Source: Chiloscyllium plagiosum
Lineage: Eukaryota
Assembly: GCF_004010195.1 (NCBI RefSeq)
Contig: NC_057718.1
Span: forward strand, 84,257,586-84,321,585
Length of the DNA: 64,000 nucleotides
Direction of reading: 5' to 3'
Positions 1 to 13,950 of the stretch are shown in pieces (position 1 is the first letter of the stretch; each line of letters begins with the position of its first letter). A program made the translations under genes and the position numbers. The notes under the pieces are model-generated. The model ran no database searches, was not told where the DNA came from, and worked only from the letters and a program-made list of their open reading frames with translations.

Positions 1-683
1 TTTATTTAACTGTAACACCATTACATCCGATTTTGCCTTCTCTCTTTCAAACTGCAGACTGAACTCTACCATATTATGATCGCTGCTTCCTAAGTGTTCC
101 CTTACTTTAAGATTTTTTATAAAGTCTGGTTCATTACATAGCACTAGGTCCAGAAAAGCCTGCTCCCTTGTGGGCTCCATGACAAGCTGTTCCAAAAAGC
201 CATCCTGTAAGCATTCCATGATTTAATTTTGTTCTTAACTAACAAGGCAACCCTGCCCCCTCTGCCCACCTCCCTGTCTTTTCGATAATTTGAAAACCCT
301 TGGATGTTTAACTACCAGTCCTGACCCCCCTGTAACCACGTCTCTGTGATGCCTACCACATCATAATCATTCACGATGATAGGTGCCATTAGTTCATCTG
401 CTTTGTTACGAATGCTACGAGCATTCAGGTTAAGTGCCTTAATGCTAACTTTCTTATCATTAGTGATATTGGAAGTCATAAGATGTCCTAAGTTATCCTT
501 CCTTTTTGCTGCATTCCCAGTCTGTCTCAAGTTTAAATCTGCCTGCACATATGCTATCCTGCCACTTATCTTTCCATTTAACTCCATACTCCCTGTTGCT
601 TTCACTTTCCCTTCCCCCCAACTCAGAAGTTTAAAGTCCTACTGACCACCCTATTTATCCTCTTCGCTAGAACATTGGTACCT
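1..683 (-). mobile_element. CR1 LINE fragment: end of ORF1 and start of ORF2 APE endonuclease; runs off the window
   Basis: ORF 312..605 contains LNLNARSIRNKADEL...YDVVGITETWL, the N-terminal motifs of the CR1 apurinic endonuclease. Confidence 0.85.
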
Positions 684-1658
684 GACCTTAAACCTATTCC
701 CTCTAGTTCTGGACTCCCCAACCCCAAGGAAAAGACTTTGCCTATCCATGCCCCTCATAATTATGTAAACCTCTATAAGGTCACCCCTCAGCCTCCGACA
801 CTCCAGGGAAAACAGCCCCAGCCTGTTCAGCCTCTCCCTATAGCTCAAATCCTCCAACCCTGGCAACATCCTTGTAAGTCTTTTCTGAACCCTTTCAAGT
901 TTCACAACATCTTTCTGATAGGAAGGAGACCAGAATTGCACGCAATATTCCAACAGTGGCCTAACCAATGTCCTGTACAGCCGCAACATGACCTCCCAAC
1001 TCTTGTACTGAATACTCTGACCAATAACGGAAAGCATATCAAATGCCTTCTTCACTATCCTATCTACCTGTGACTTCACTTTCAAGGAACTATTAACCTG
1101 CAATCCAAGGTCTCTTTGTTCAGCAACACTCCCTAGGACTTTACCATTAAGTGTATAAGTTCGCTAAGATTTGCTTTCCCAAAACGCACCTCGCATTTAT
1201 CTGAATTAAACTCCATCTGGCACTTCTCAGCCCATTGGCCCATCTGGTCCAGATCCTGTTGTAATCTGAGGTAACCCTCTTCGCTGTCCACTACACCTCC
1301 AATTTTGGTGTCATCTGCAAACTTACTAACTGTACCTCTTATGCTAGCATTAAACTTATATATGTAAATGACAAAAAGTAGAGGACCCAGCACCTACCCT
1401 TGTGGCACTCCACTGGTCACAGGCCTCCAGTCTGAAAAACAACCCTCCACCACCACCCTCTGTCTTCTACCTTTGAGCCAGTTCTGTATCCAAATGGCTA
1501 GTTCTCCTGTATTCCGTGAGATCTAAACTTGCTAATCAATCTCCCATGGGGAACCTTGTTGAATGCCTTACTGAAATCCATAGATCACATCACATCCACC
1601 TCTCTGCCCTCATCAATCCTCTTTGTTACTTCCTCAAAAAACTCAATCAAGTTTGTGA

Positions 1659-2018
1659 GACATGAATTCCCACGCACAAAGCCATGTTGACTATCCCTAA
1701 TCAGTCCTTGCCTTCCAAATACATGTACGTTCTGTCCCTAAGGAAACTCTCCAACAACTTGCCCATCACCGATGTCAGGCTCACTGATCTATAGTTCCCT
1801 GGCTTGTCCTTACCACCCTTCTTATAGAGTGGCACCACGACATGAATTCCCACGCACAAAGCCATGTTGACTATCCCTAATCCGTCCTTGCCTTCCAAAT
1901 ACATGTACGTTCTGTCCCTCAGGAAACTCTCCAACAACTTGCCCATCACCGACGTCAGGCTCACTGATCTATAGTTCCCTGGCTTGTCCTTACCACCCTT
2001 CTTAAACAGTGTCACCAC
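1659..2018. repeat. 180-bp tandem duplication inside the CR1 RT
   Basis: Units 1659-1838 and 1839-2018 both start gacatgaattcccacgcacaaagcc and differ at about 7 positions. The peptide KKGGKDKPGNYRSVSLTSVMGKLLESFLRDRTYMYLEGKD occurs twice in ORF 1701..2099. Confidence 0.95.
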
Positions 2019-2732
2019 ATTTGCCAACCTCCAGTCTTCCAGCACCTCACCTGTGACTATCGATTTTACAAATATCTCAGCAAGAGGCCCAGCAATCACT
2101 TCTCTAGCTTCCCACAGAGTTCACGGGTACACCTGATCAGGTCCTGGGGATTTATCCACCTTTACCCCTTTCAAGACATCCAGCACTTCCTCCTCTGTAA
2201 TCTGGACATTTTGCAAGATGTCACCATCTATTTCCCTACAGGATCTTCCATATCCTTTTCCACAGTAAATACTGATGCAAAATACTCATTTAGTATCTCC
2301 CCCATTTTCTGCAGCTCCACACAAAGGCCGCCTTGCTAATCTTTGAGGGGCCCTATTCTATCCCTAGTTACCCTTTTGTCCTTAATGTATTTGTAAAAAC
2401 TCTTTGGATTCTCCTTAATTCTATTTGCCAAAGCTATCTCATGTCCCCTTTTTGCCCTCCTGATTTCCCTCTTAAGTATACTCCTACTTCCTTTATACTC
2501 TTCTAAGGATTCTCTCGATCTATCCTGTCTATGCCTTACATATTCTTCCTTCTTTTTCTTAACCAAACCCACAATTTCTTTAGTCATCCAGTATTCCCTA
2601 TACCTACCAGCCTTTCCTTTCACTCTAACAGGAATATACTTTCTCTGGATTCTCGTTATCTCATTTCTGAAGGCTTCCCATTTTCCAGCCTTCCCTTTAC
2701 CTGCAAACATCTGCTCCCAATCAGCTTTCAAA

Positions 2733-2829
2733 AGATTCTCCTGCTCCTTGGATGCTGCCTGACCTGCTGCGCTTTTCCAGCAAGACACTTTCAGCTCTGA
2801 TCTCCAGCATCTGTAGTCCTCACTTTCTC
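2733..2829 (+). mobile_element. Short PLE 3'-terminal fragment inserted in the CR1
   Basis: Matches the PLE tail at 63240-63299 (gattctcctg.tccttggatgctgcctgacctgctgcgcttttccagca). Flanked by the direct repeat ctttcaaa at 2725-2732 and 2830-2837. Confidence 0.8.
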
Positions 2830-4814
2830 CTTTCAAAGGTTCTTGCCTAATACCTTCAAAATTGGCCTTTCTCCAATTTAGAACTTCAGCTTTTAGATCT
2901 GGTCTATCCTTTCCATCATTATTTTAAATCTAATAGAATTATGGTCACTGACCCCAAATGCTCCCCCACTGACACCTCAGTCACATGCCTTATCTTATTT
3001 CCCAAGAGTAGGTCAAGTTTTGCACCTTCTCTAGTAGGTACATCCATATACTGAATCAGAAAAATTGTCTTATACACACTTAACAACAACTCTCCATCTA
3101 AACCCTTAAAACTATGGCAATCCCAATCTATGTCTGGAAAGTTAAAATCCCCAACCATAACCACCCTATTTTTCTTACAGATAGCTGAGATCTCCTTACA
3201 AGTTTGTTTCTCAATTTCCTTCTGAATATTAGGGGATCTATAATACAATCCCAATAAGGTTATCATCCCTTTCTTATTTCTCAGTTCCACCCAAATAACT
3301 TCCCTGTATTTCCAGGAATATCCTCCCTCAGCACAGCTGTAATGCTATCCCTTATCAAAAATGCCACTCCCCATCCTCTCTTGCCACCCTTTTTATCCTT
3401 CCTGTATCCTGTAACATTAAGCTGCCAGTCCTGCCCATCCCTAAGCCATGTTTCTGTAATTGCTATGATATCCCAGTCCCATGTTCCTAACCATGCCATG
3501 AGTTCATCTGCCTTCCCTGTTAGGCCCCTTGCATTGAAATAAATGCAGTTTAATTTATTAGTCCTACTTTGTCCCTGCCTGCCCTGACTGTTTGACTCGC
3601 TTCTGTTCTCAACTGTACCAGTCTCAGATTGATCTCTTTCCTCACTATCTCCCTGGGTTCTCCCACTCCCCACCTTACTAGTTTAAATCCTCCCGAGCAG
3701 CTCTAGCAAATTTCCCTGCCAGTATATTAGTCCCCTTCCAATTTAGGTGCAATCCGTCCTTCTTGTACAGGTCACTTCTACCCCAAAAGTGATTCCAATG
3801 ATCCAAAAATGTGAATCCTTCTCCCATACACCAGCTCCTCAGCCATGCATTCATCTGCTATATCCTCCTATCCCTGTCCTCACTAGCTCGTAGCACCGGG
3901 CGTAATCCAGATATTACTACACTCGAGGACCTCCTTTTTAAATTTCTGCCTAACTCTCTGTAATCTCCCTTCAGATTCTCAACCTTTTCCCTTCCAATGT
4001 CGTTGGTTCCAAGGTGGACAATGACCTCTTGCTGGCCCCTCTCCCCAATGAGAACATTCTGCACCTCTCTGAGACATTCTTGATCCTGGCACCAGGGAAG
4101 CAACACACCATTCTGCTTTTTCGCTGCTGGCCACAAAAACGTCGATCTGTACCTCGGACTAGAGAATCGCCTAACACAATTGATCTCTTGGAACTCAATG
4201 TACCCCTCGTTGCATTAGAGCCAGTCTCAATACCAGAAACTTGGGCGTTTGTGCTACGTTCCCCTGAGAATCCATCACCCCCTACATTTTCCAAAACAAC
4301 ATACCTGTTTGAAATGGGTATATCCACAAAAGACTCCTGCACTATCTTCCAACCTCTCTTACCTTTCCTGGAGTTAACCCATCTATGTGACTGTATCTGA
4401 GACTTTCCCCCCTTCCTATAACTGCCATCCATCACATACTGTTGCTGTTGCAAATTCCTTATTGCTTCTAACTGTCTCTCCAACCGATCCATTCAATCTG
4501 ATAAGATTCGCAGCCAACAGCTTTTATGGCAGATATAATCCGCAGTATTATCCGCATTCCCTTAAACTCTCTTTAAACTCCCACACCTGACAAGAAGTAC
4601 ATATTATTAAAGGCCATTTTTGCTCCTTCACAATATCCAGACCCAGAAAGTAATACAGTCTTATTCCTCTACAAACACTGCCCATGTTAAATTAATAGTT
4701 ATGGCTTATACTTTAAGTTTAATCAAGAGACGTATCTCCAAAAAAAATATAATCAAGAATGAACCCACTCTACTCCCTACTGCAGTTTATCTGTAGGCCA
4801 CACTTTAAAAACAA

Positions 4815-6060
4815 TAATAAAGGATGTAAGAGCAGAGAATTTAGAATGACATAATGTGATAAAGCAGTCAGTATAGCATCATGAAGAGAAAATGGTGTCT
4901 CACAAATTTACTCGAGTTCTTTGAGAAGATAACAAACAGGATAGATAAAGGGAAAGCTGTGAATGTAATGTATTTGAAATTTCAGAAGGCAGCCACACAT
5001 TAGGCTACTCATTTAGATAAGATCCCATGATGTTGGGGATAATATATTAGCACCAATAGGAAGTTCGCTAACTAGTAGAAGACAGAGTTGGGATAAGGAG
5101 GACATTTTCAGGATGGCAACCTGTGAATAGTGAGTACCACTGGGATCAGGACTGAGGCCTCCATTATTTACAATATTTATAAATGAACTGGATGAGGAAA
5201 GTGAATGTACCATAGCCAGGTTTGTGGATGACACAAAATAGGTGGGAAGGCAAGGTAAGATATAGAGGAATATACATTGGTAGGCAAAACTTGATATAAT
5301 GTGGAAAAGTATAAGGTCATGCTCTTTGGCAAGAAGAATAGAGGATTTGAATATTAGTTAAATGGAGAAAGACTACAAAAAGCTACAGAGGGATTTGGGA
5401 GTCATAGAGAGAGTCCTCGTCCATGAATTACAAAATGCTAGCATCCAAGTTTAGCAGGTAATAGGAAAGGCAAACGAAATGTTGGTCTTTGTTTCAAAGG
5501 GAATGGAATATTAGAAACATTTGCTAAATCTATATAAGGCACTAGTCAGACTACAACTGGAATATTGTGAACAGTTTGTGTGGCTTATCAAAGGAAAGAC
5601 ATACTGGCATTGGAGGTAGTCCAGAGAAGGTTCACGTGACTGATACCAGGTAGAAAGGGCCTGTACTTGTTGGAATTTAGAAGAATGAGGTGACCTCATT
5701 GAAACATGTAAGATTCTTAGGGAACTTGACAGAACAGAGGTGGACAGATTGTTTCCCCTTTTGGCAGAGTCTAGGACCGGACAGAATAATCCTAGAATAA
5801 GCGGTTGCACATTTAAAACAGATAAGGATGAATTTCTTCTCTCAAAAGTAGTGAATCTGTGGAATTCTTTACCATAGATGCTGTCAATGCTGGGTTGTTA
5901 AGTATGTTCAAGGCTAAAGTCGACAGATTTTTCAACAAAAAGGGAATCAAAAGGAAAAAGGCATGAAAGTGAAGTTAAGGACCATCATACCAGCCATGAT
6001 CTCACTGAATATTGAAGCAGACTTAATGGACTCAATTGCCTACGCCTGCTCTTGTGTTTT
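4815..6060 (+). mobile_element. Degenerate, 5'-truncated CR1 LINE (RT C-terminal half and 3' UTR)
   Basis: Decayed RT motifs (tttgtggatgacacaaaa = FVDDTK; ctagtcagactacaactggaatattgtgaacag = LVRLQLEYCEQ) followed by a CR1-type tail. Confidence 0.75.
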
Positions 6061-8937
6061 ACAGTCCTCATTAATTATCTGTACACATGGAACTTACATG
6101 AAATTCGAATAGGAGAGGAAGAATCCCTTCCCTTGATTTGAAATCCCAGTCCAGAATCACAGCCCAATTTAGCATGACAGGTATTGCATCAGCTAAATTT
6201 ACAAATAGAAAATCTAAGCATGAAGTTTCCAGCTGGTACGGCTTAATGCAACACAAGTGCAGCTAAATTTTTTCCAAGGGACATCAAAGTCTAAGGGAAA
6301 ATAATTATAAGTATTCCTTAATTGCACTTTTACAATCATTTTGTGCTGTATTTTATCATTATTTTTACAAAGAAAGAATTAAAACTATTTATTGACAGCC
6401 TGGTGTGAAAACTATATGTGGATAGATCACTATTTTCAAATTAAACTCGACCAAAAAGAATGCTGCCTGGAGAACATACAATAGGTTCTCTTTAGAACAG
6501 CAGTTTTAAAAATATCATTGTTGCTATGGTAATGTATTTCCTTTAGTAAGTAAACAGAGGAAATGCAATTAGATGTAATTATGTCAGTCCTGCTAATTAT
6601 TTCACTTAAAACTTTTAACAAATATGAAGACAAAAATGTTAAAATCACATTGTAAAAACTGACACTGAAACAGATGTCAAGTCTGAACTTGAAGCACTTT
6701 TCTGCTGGCAAAAATGGTGACTTGTATTTGTTATTGATCTGCCTAAAAATCTCTTAGAAGTGACAATGACCTTTTTAATCTTTTCAGTACTCACTGTTTT
6801 TGGCTTTTCAAATATTCTTATTATTTAGAAATTTAGCTGCTCTGCAAACTGAAAACAACTTGAGCCACATTTTGAATACTTTAATGAAAAGGATTAACTT
6901 TATTTGCATTTTGTAGTCATCAAAGTGAAGGATAGTGCTGGAAAATGCAGCATTTTGTATTTCAAACTCCAGTGTTAGCAAAATATCCAGATATAACATG
7001 GTAATATGGTCATCTTTTGCTGACCTCAGTAAAACATACTTCTTGTATCAGTGTGATCTTTAAACAGTTTCTAACTCTAAAGTAGGAGTTGGACTGAGAC
7101 TTGAAATTCATTTCATAGAATTCAGTCTACAGCTAGTTGTCATGGGAGATATTTGCCCATAGTCTGGGCTGGAATTGATTTCAGGTCCCAGAATGAAAGG
7201 CCAAATCCTAACCTTCATTACCACAAACGCCCAGAATGAACCATAGTCTTATTATATATTTTGGTGCAAAAATGCTAATAAACCTTGTGGCTAAGTTAAC
7301 ATTAGGAGACCTCTTCTAAATTCTGCTTTGAAAATTCTCAACATTAGATACACATATAATGAGCAGTTATCAAAGGGGAAAATATGTTAAATGTTAATAT
7401 GTCAAATAAATGAAATTCTTTCTTATGAATCTATAATCTGTATGTTTAGTATCTTGTTTCTTCCAGAGATGTTGAAACTTTCCTATCTGCAGCAAATTTC
7501 ATTTTTATTCAAGAAGATAGAGGCTCAATCTGTTTCTGGACTACATTAATTTGAATTAAAATTGTTCCAGTAGGAATTCTCGTCAGGTAAGCAACTTCTG
7601 TTTAGTGCCTATCTAAATGCTATAACAAAAATTATCTTGAGGAAACTCATTTATTGTTGTTTAACACCAAACATTCATCAATCCAAAATGTCATTCCACC
7701 ACTCTTGCCCAAAAGTAAATATTCCAAATGTATCACGATTTTTCAACTGAAGTTAAATATTTAAAATATTTCTAAGTCTAACCTTCCTGCTAATAACTTA
7801 TTCTTAATTTGTTTCAAACAAGCATCTTATTGACAAGTCCACTCCTACTCTGCCCTTTCTGTCCTTGGTCCTTATGCTGTTATAACTAGGATAGAATCCT
7901 AGAAATTCCAATGAAGCAAAAATGAGGAACAGTTGCTCATCTATGACTGAGCAGTTTACAACCCTCTAGATTCAATACTCATTTCAATAACTTTAAATCA
8001 TGGCCTCTGCCATCTTTTTTTTTCAGACTGCAGATGCTGATAATATTTCTGCTGTTGACAACTCTTCTAGATCAATATTTTGACTGCTTACTTTGACCCT
8101 TTGAGGGGAGATATTAGGAAACTGTAAAGCAGAGCAAGCTCAAAGGGCCAAACAGTCCACCCCGTTACTATTTCTATGATCTTATTTAATTAATCCTACC
8201 CCACCATCCCATCAGAGACCTTCTTTACCTTTGTACACATACCCCACCACACCAGAGAGTGCTCATCCTTCTCCCTTTTTTCGTTTTAGTCCTTTGTTCA
8301 AATTTTCTTGAAAACTGTTAAAACTGTGCCTTCTTCTGCTTTTGAGGAATGGTGATCAACCTGAAATGTTAACTCTGTTTCTCTGTCTCCAATGCTACCT
8401 GACTGACTAGAGTCTTTCCAGCATTTTCTGTTTTTAGTTCAGTGGATTTATGATCCATGTTATTGGGTAGCATTGTCAGAAGATTCAGAATCTTTAACAA
8501 TAGATTTAAAATGATCAATAACTAGTAATTAAGATTTCAAGACAGAATTGGAACAAAGAAATTCCACATTTGATTTGATTTCTCAAAATCTACTTGCAAA
8601 TGGAAACAATTGTACTTTGAGAGCTAACCAACAAGAATGTATCAAAGCTTTATTTTTCAAAACATATAATTAATTTTTTTCCCTCCCTGCTCTCCAACCA
8701 GCAGAGCTTGACACTGTAATGGCAGGTGGGAGTTTTGCTTCCAGTTTTTTGTAAAAGCTCATTTATCTCTGAGTCAACTGCCAAGAAGCTAGCAAGAGCT
8801 ATCAAAACACAATGCTTCTTTTCATTTCCAACATTTTTTGCCTTCTTTTCCTACAGTGACAAAGCTGAATTTAGGGACTTAGTAGAGTTGGATACTGATC
8901 CTGCATATTGTTACTGTGTGTCACTTTGTGTTAATGT

Positions 8938-9243
8938 TTAGATTAGATTACTTACAGTGTGGAAACAGGCCCTTCGGCCCAACAAGTCCACACCGACCCT
9001 CCGAAAAGCAATTCACCCAGACCCATTCCCCTACATCTAACAATATGGGCAATTTAGTATGGCCAGTTCACCTAACCTGCACATCTTTGAATTGTGGGAG
9101 GAAACCGGAGCACCCGGAGGAAACCCATGTAGACACGGAGAGAATGTGCAAACTCCACACAGACATTTGTCTGAGGCGAGAATTGAACCTGGGTCTCTGG
9201 CGTTCTGAGCTAGCAGTGCTTACCACTGTGCTACCGTGCCGCC
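8938..9243 (-). mobile_element. tRNA-derived V-SINE (HE1-like)
   Basis: On the minus strand: A box-like ggcacggtagcacagtggt, B box-like ggttcaattc, V-domain gtgtggagtttgcacattctc...gggtttcctccgggtgctccggtttcctcccaca, and a CR1-derived tail ending in (aatct)n. Confidence 0.88.
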
Positions 9244-10124
9244 TCAAATGCAAAAACAAAAAAAATCTTTATGCAAAGTATTATGCATAGAACAAAGTAG
9301 TTTGTGAAGCACTACTACTAAAAAACCCCTGTAACCAATATTTCCTTGTAGCCAATAAATATAATTCAATAATTTACAATGTAGTCCTTTTAAGATTTGG
9401 TCAAACTCATTCAGCTGTAACGTGGCAACTGTCAACAATGCATAAGTCAAATTCACATTTGAAACAAATGAATTTGAGACAATGGAAAATGAGGTTATTA
9501 TGTCATTACTATTTTATAAAAATGCAGGTCAGCTGAGTTCAAAACATAAAAATTGCATTCATAAACCATGTTCCAGGTAAATTCAAATTCTCAGTTTTGT
9601 AACAAAATCTGGTTAAATTCCAGTGTTTCTTTTTGTTCTTATAGTGACTTACACTCAGACTCAGTAAGTGCTCCAAGTCCATTCTATATTGATGGCATCA
9701 AATGGTTCATATAATCAATTGTGAGACAACTCAGTGATAGAGGAGTATCAGTCATGAGGTACATTAATTTTGTTTTCAATTGTACAATTTCCCACTTTAT
9801 TGTTGGTAGGATTTCACATTATTTTATGAATCACAGAGAATATTCATGAACAAATTATCAAAATAAATATATCCACTCTAATATTTCTTTGATATTTCAC
9901 ACTTTTAAGTATAGTAAAACAGTAATATTACCCCACAACATATTGTTTCTGTTTCCATACCAGTGTCAAGAAGTAAACTTCTAATGTTTACTTTATAAGA
10001 ACTTATACTTCTATCACTCTCAGCAAGCAATGATATTAAATCTGCATTTCAAAACCTGAAGTTTTTTTGTAATGTAGCTTTAAAGATTTTTACCTATTCC
10101 AAAATAAACACGATATTTGTTACT

Positions 10125-10687
10125 ATGGTTAGGCCACTTTTGGAATACTGTGTGCAATTCTGATTTCCCTGCTATAGAAAGGATATTGTGAAACTTGATA
10201 AGGTTCAGAAAAGATTTACAAGGATGTTGCCAGGATTGGAGGACTTGAGCTATAGGGAGAGGCTGAATAGGCTGGAACAGTTTTCCCTAGAGTGTTGGAG
10301 GTTGAGCGATGACCTATTAGAGGTTTATAAAATCATGAGGGGCATAAATAGAGTAGCCAAGGTCTTTTCCTTGGAGTGGGGGAGTCCAAAACTAAAGGGC
10401 ATAGGTTTAAGGTGAGAAGGGAAAGATTTAAAAGGGACCTAAGGGACAACATTTCCATGCAGAGGGTGTTGCATGTATGGAATAGGCTGCTAGAGGAAAT
10501 GGGGGGTGGAGGCTGGTACAATTACAACATTTAAAAGGCATCAGGTTGGGTATATGAATAGGAAGTTTTTAAGAGGAATATGGACCAAATGCTGGCAAAT
10601 AGGACTAGATTAATTTAGGATATCTGGTCAGTATGGATGAGTTGGACCAAAGGGTCTGTCTCCACACTATAGAACTCTATGACTCTA
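10125..10687 (+). mobile_element. CR1 LINE 3' fragment
   Basis: ORF 10188..10415 (KVQKRFTRMLPGLEDLSYRERLNRL) plus a tail ending actctatgactcta. Confidence 0.88.
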
Positions 10688-11160
10688 AGTAAACTTTTAA
10701 CACATATGATGCTTAAATGTTCAGCAACATTGGAGAATAAAAACAACCACAGTATATGGTTGCCTTTTTGCAAACTTTTGAAGTTCTTTATAAACACTAA
10801 CAGTCTAATGTAAATTTAATACTTATTCTTAAAGATTATCCATTAAATGTAGCACACACACTGTAACTGGACTGCCAGATATCAATACAGATTCTGCTAA
10901 TAGATCAACAGTGAAAATAAAAATCTGACTTTTAATCAATCTGACATAGTCAAAGCCACATATAATAAAAGCTAACTGTGATAATAATGTTGCTATAAGC
11001 AAATCTTTACCAAGTGCCAAGTTGCTCTTATAATGGTCTAGCCATTCCTCCTATATTGTTAAAAGCATACTTTTCTTTGAAGCAGTTCCACTCTGTTGCA
11101 AATTGAAGGCAACGGGTATAAAGTTCATATGCAACATCTCTGTAAGTTTTAACTTTGTTC

Positions 11161-11751
<591 letters not shown>

Positions 11752-11826
11752 TTAACATCAGATTTCTCGAAATATTAACACAGCCTTTGAAGTATTTGAG
11801 GAAAAAAAGCACAAAGGAGTGACAAC

Positions 11827-11844
11827 CTGTTGCAGAAAAGGTAA
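11827..11844 (-). other. Candidate splice acceptor for the ARF6-like coding exon
   Basis: Minus strand ttaccttttctgcaacAG|gttgtc, 135 nt upstream of the ATG. This fits the ARF6 layout of a non-coding first exon followed by one coding exon. Confidence 0.45.
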
Positions 11845-12144
11845 CACCAAAGCGAAATCTCTCACTGTTCTCCCAGATTCTTCTTGCTTGTTAAGTCAAA
11901 ATCAAATATGAATGAAAAAAGTTTTCCTCCTGCTCTAGTTGTAGCAGTGAATATTGGCTCGAGAAAGTAAGATGATTAGCTTCTGAAATTCATCAGCTTC
12001 ACAATAACTGAGCAATTCTCAGTTTGTAAAGACCCCAATTAACCAAACAGATTAGCAGAAAAGTGCAGATCGAGTGAAACTGTTTTGACTCCTTCGTTCT
12101 CTTCTATTTAGTAGGTTTAAGGCCTTATTACTCAGGCCTCTAAA

Positions 12145-12157
12145 CGCCACCTGCTGG
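12145..12157 (-). promoter_or_regulatory. CTCF core motif match
   Basis: Reverse complement reads CCAGCAGGTGGCG, matching CCASYAGRKGGCR. Confidence 0.45.
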
Positions 12158-12306
12158 AGGAGATGTAGAATTATTTCATTGGTCCATTTTTGCATCATGT
12201 AACTATGGCAATACAAATTCAATAAACTGACACTGAAACACTGCATAAGGACTCTTATAAATTCTGAGTTTAAGTAACTCCAACAGAGATTTTTGAAGAT
12301 CATTTG

Positions 12307-12646
12307 CAGAGGTTTATAAAATCATGAGGGGCATGGTTAGGGTAAACAGACAAGGTACTTTCCCTGGAGTGGGGAGTCCACAACTAGAGGGTATTGGTTG
12401 AGGGTGAGAAGGGAAAGATTTAAAAGGGACAACTTTTTCATGCACAGGGTTGTGCTGTATGGAATGAGCTACCAGAGGAAGTGGTGGAGGCTGGTACAAT
12501 TACAGCATTTAGCATCTGGATGAGTATATGAATAGGAAGAGTTTAGAATGATATGGGTCAAGTGCTGGCAAATGGGACTAGGTTAGTTTAGGATATCCGG
12601 TCGGCATGGATGAGTTGGACTGAGGAGGTTTCCGTGCTATACTCTA
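12307..12646 (+). mobile_element. CR1 3' tail fragment
   Basis: agaggtttataaaatcatgaggggcatgg... is closely similar to 10320-10687. Confidence 0.85.
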
Positions 12647-12869
12647 AGGAATTTCTAAAGATGCATTATATAACAGTTCAAGCACTACCAGTCATGAGAT
12701 CACAATGTACTTATAGGTGAGAAATGCCATTCAATCAAAATTCATTCATCTAAAATGATCATATGCTCCTCCATTTGCTGTATTTAACTATAACTTAAAT
12801 TGAAGGTTTTCATCTGCACCATTCTATGTGGCGATCAATCCCAAGTATTGATCAACCTTTAATTTCACA

Positions 12870-13560
12870 GTGCAGAAGGATTTGGGTGTTCTTGAGAACA
12901 AAAAGCACAAAAGTTAGCTTGCAGGTACAGCATGTAACGAGAAAGGCAAATGACTTGTTGGACATTTTTGCAAAAGGATGCAGTGTAAACATAAGTTTTG
13001 GTACAACTGACAGGGAATTGTTAGAATGTACTTACAATACTGTCTACAGTTTTGACTTCTTTACATAAGGAAGGATATACTTGTCTTTGAAGCAGTTCAA
13101 TGTAGATTTACTAGGCAGATTCCTGGGTTGAACTAGTCTTGTTTACAAGGTATATATGATGGGCCCTTCTATGCTGTAAACGTCTATGAGCCTATACTCA
13201 TTTACAAGAATGAAAGGTGATCCTAAAGAAACAAATAAGGTAGAGCTCCGATGTGGGGGAACCTATAACTAGGAAGCACTGTTTAAAAATAGGTGGTCTC
13301 TCATTTAAGACTGAAATCAAGACAAATTTCTTCTCTGAGAGGATTGTTGTCCTTTGGAATTTGCTTCCATAAACAGCATTTGAGTCTGGATTAATGAATG
13401 TATTCAAAGCGGTGAGACTTTTTTTTATCTACAAGAAAGTTGAAGGTTATTGGGAGCAAGGAGAAAAGTGGATTTAAGGGCACAATCAGATCAGACATGA
13501 TCCTCTTGAATAGTGGGACAGGTTGACGAATTACCTACTCCTGTTCCTTATGCTCTTGTT
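12870..13560 (+). mobile_element. Old CR1 3' fragment
   Basis: Decayed similarity to the 5380-6060 CR1 3' end. Confidence 0.6.
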
Positions 13561-13789
13561 TTCAAGAAACCATTAATTTTCTGGGTCTCTCCATTTTGTG
13601 GCAACAATTTAACTTATATTTTGTTTGGTGGGTCATTTTCAAATTATTATTATGATGGGGTAATTCTGTTTTAATTTCCACATTTGGCATTCGGATAGAC
13701 AAATGCTGGCTTTGTAGTTCTTTACTCATCTAGAAAAAAGACACAAAATATATTAATTATCCTAAACTCTAAACTGTCATCTTAACTAA

Positions 13790-13950
13790 AAAGAAATAAA
13801 AGGGAGGCTTGTACTTATACAGCACCTTTCATGATCACAGGATGTCAGAAATAGTTTTACAATCAATTAAATATTTTTGAAGTTTTTCATAATTTTAATG
13901 TAAGAAAAACAGCAACCAATTTGTGCACAGCATGGTCCCACAAACTGAAA
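13790..13950 (-). mobile_element. Deu-domain SINE remnant (SacSINE1/AmnSINE1-like 3' part)
   Basis: Reverse complement gtttgtgggaccatgctgtgcacaaattggttgctg...cttcaaaaatatttaattgattgtaaaac...tgaaaggtgctgtataagtacaag resembles the recalled DeuSINE 3' region. Confidence 0.6.

Larger units (their letters stand above)
684..4800 (-). mobile_element. Near full-length, frameshifted CR1 LINE (ORF1 SGNH esterase; ORF2 endonuclease and RT); 3' tail missing
   Basis: ORF1 motifs IVLGDSLVRG and VIVHLGTNDIG (3858-4492). Endonuclease motifs YFNARGL...IAITETWL and MVGDFNFP. RT motifs PGNYRSVSLTS, LGPLLF and SKFADDTK. C-terminus LVRPLLEYCVQFWSP...RRLRGDLIEVY. Split over several frames. Confidence 0.92.

Noticed and set aside
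7467..7586. Plus-strand exon-like segment (ttccAG...CAGgtaag)
   Set aside because: It has stops in all three frames and no partner exons were found.
8916..9290. Two similar ORFs of about 125 aa (also 44869-45255) suggesting a gene family
   Set aside because: Both are antisense readings of the same SINE family.
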